Below are positions 62,960 through 64,000 of a stretch of 64,000 nucleotides of DNA, in pieces (the stretch's first letter is position 1; each line of letters begins with the position of its first letter). Source of the stretch: Vicugna vicugna. Its lineage: Eukaryota. The stretch covers positions 417,023 to 481,022 of the forward strand of contig MU058451.1 in the NCBI GenBank assembly GCA_013265495.1, read 5' to 3'. The notes beneath the pieces were generated by a model. It was not told the DNA's origin. It saw nothing but the letters and a program-made list of their open reading frames with translations, and did not search any database. Made by a program: the position numbers and the translations under genes.

Positions 62960-63775
62960 AGTTTGTTTATTCATTCACTCAACAAAAAAGCATTGAGTGG
63001 CTCCCATGTCCCAAGCACTATGCTAGGCGGTGAGAGATAATGATTAGCAAATCTCAAAATGGTGCCTACTTCCCTGGAGTTTACCCCTGGGGCTGGGGAG
63101 ATGAGACATTGTTTAATCTCACAAATACATGCATCATGACAAAATGCAAAAAGTGACAAGAAGTAAGGGTATATGACGACATGAGACTTTCTGAAACAAA
63201 GCCAATCTGGTCTGGGGCATCAAGGAAGCCTTTCTTGAAGAAGAGATGTTCAAGTTGAGCTGTGAAGGATAAGAATTCGAATTAGGAGTGTGGAGAGAGG
63301 GCAGGGTTCCAGGCAAAGAAACGGCATTTTAAAGGCCTTAAAGTGGCAGGGAGCCTGGCACTTAGGAAGAACTGAGAGAAAGCCAGTGGGACCAAAACAC
63401 AGAGCGGCAAGGGAGGTGGGTTATAAGGTGAGATGGAAGGGCTAGTGGCTGTCAGATGACTCTGGACCTTAGGTGGTTATAAGAAACATTTGCTTTTACC
63501 TTCAGAATAAAAAAGAGGCAAAGGTAATGACATGTGGAGACCTGTGAATGTGAAAGATCACTTTGGGGTTAGGTGCAAAGTTGGGTAGGTAGAGACCAAC
63601 TGGGCAGCTATTACAGCATCCAAGTGGAATGTGAGAGCTTAGATTAGGGTGATGATGGAGGAGAGGATAAGAATGAGACACATTCAGGAGATTCTGATGA
63701 TAAAACCAGTCCCAGTGTAACATGTCAGCTATGAGAAGTGGGGAAGAGGGAGACGTGGTATATTGAGTTTTTCAC
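62960..63775 (-). mobile_element. L2 3' portion
   Basis: ttattcattcactcaacaaa...tgagtggctcccatgtcccaagcactatgctagg...ggaagcctttcttgaagaagagatgtt. Confidence 0.85.
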
Positions 63776-63799
63776 CCCTTCCTGCATCCGTGCTGTTGT

Positions 63800-64000
63800 C
63801 AGGACCTCCCTGTCATGTCTAGACTTTGGGTTTGACCACGGGGCTTCAGCCAGTGATATCAACAGAAATGTCAGTGTGCCACGCCAAGTCTAGGAGTTAA
63901 GAGACCTTGTATTTTCCTACTTTGCTTTTGAGCCACAGCCACCATCATGAAGGGGACATGCCTGGACTAGCCTACTACTCAATGGAGGGTGAGCGACACG
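63800..64000 (+). mobile_element. MaLR LTR (MLT1-type), continues beyond window
   Basis: gggtttgaccac...ttaagagaccttgt...gccaccatcatgaaggggacatgcctggactagcc. Confidence 0.6.

Noticed and set aside
1..64000. CRISPR arrays, operons or other prokaryote-type systems
   Set aside because: No regularly spaced repeat-spacer structure or gene-dense coding; the sequence is mammalian with typical interspersed repeats.

Overview
Eutherian mammal genomic DNA, AT-rich and CpG-poor, with a 56-N assembly gap at 10403-10458. The tRNA-derived SINE family and the L1 3' ends point to a camelid, but that is inferred from recalled repeat consensuses, not from a search. I cannot support any protein-coding exon: the recognisable ORF-track hits are L1 ORF2 or SINE remnants and the rest look like chance ORFs. 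The window reads as intronic or intergenic. It carries many interspersed repeats (old L2/MIR, MaLR/ERVL LTRs, hAT and Tc-mariner MITEs, L1M-type and younger lineage L1s, five tRNA-SINEs) and a few repeat-poor blocks that may be regulatory. The most notable signal is two independent U6 snRNA/L1 chimeric retrocopies (19564-19890 +, 57403-57805 -). Their U6-L1 junctions map about 8 nt apart, just 3' of the G-rich tract of the L1 3' UTR. Several solo truncated L1 insertions in the window begin in the same ~35-nt zone, suggesting a recurrent truncation or joining hotspot. U6/L1 chimeras are a known class; only the junction clustering and local density might be new. Repeat subfamily names and the boundaries of old repeats are approximate.
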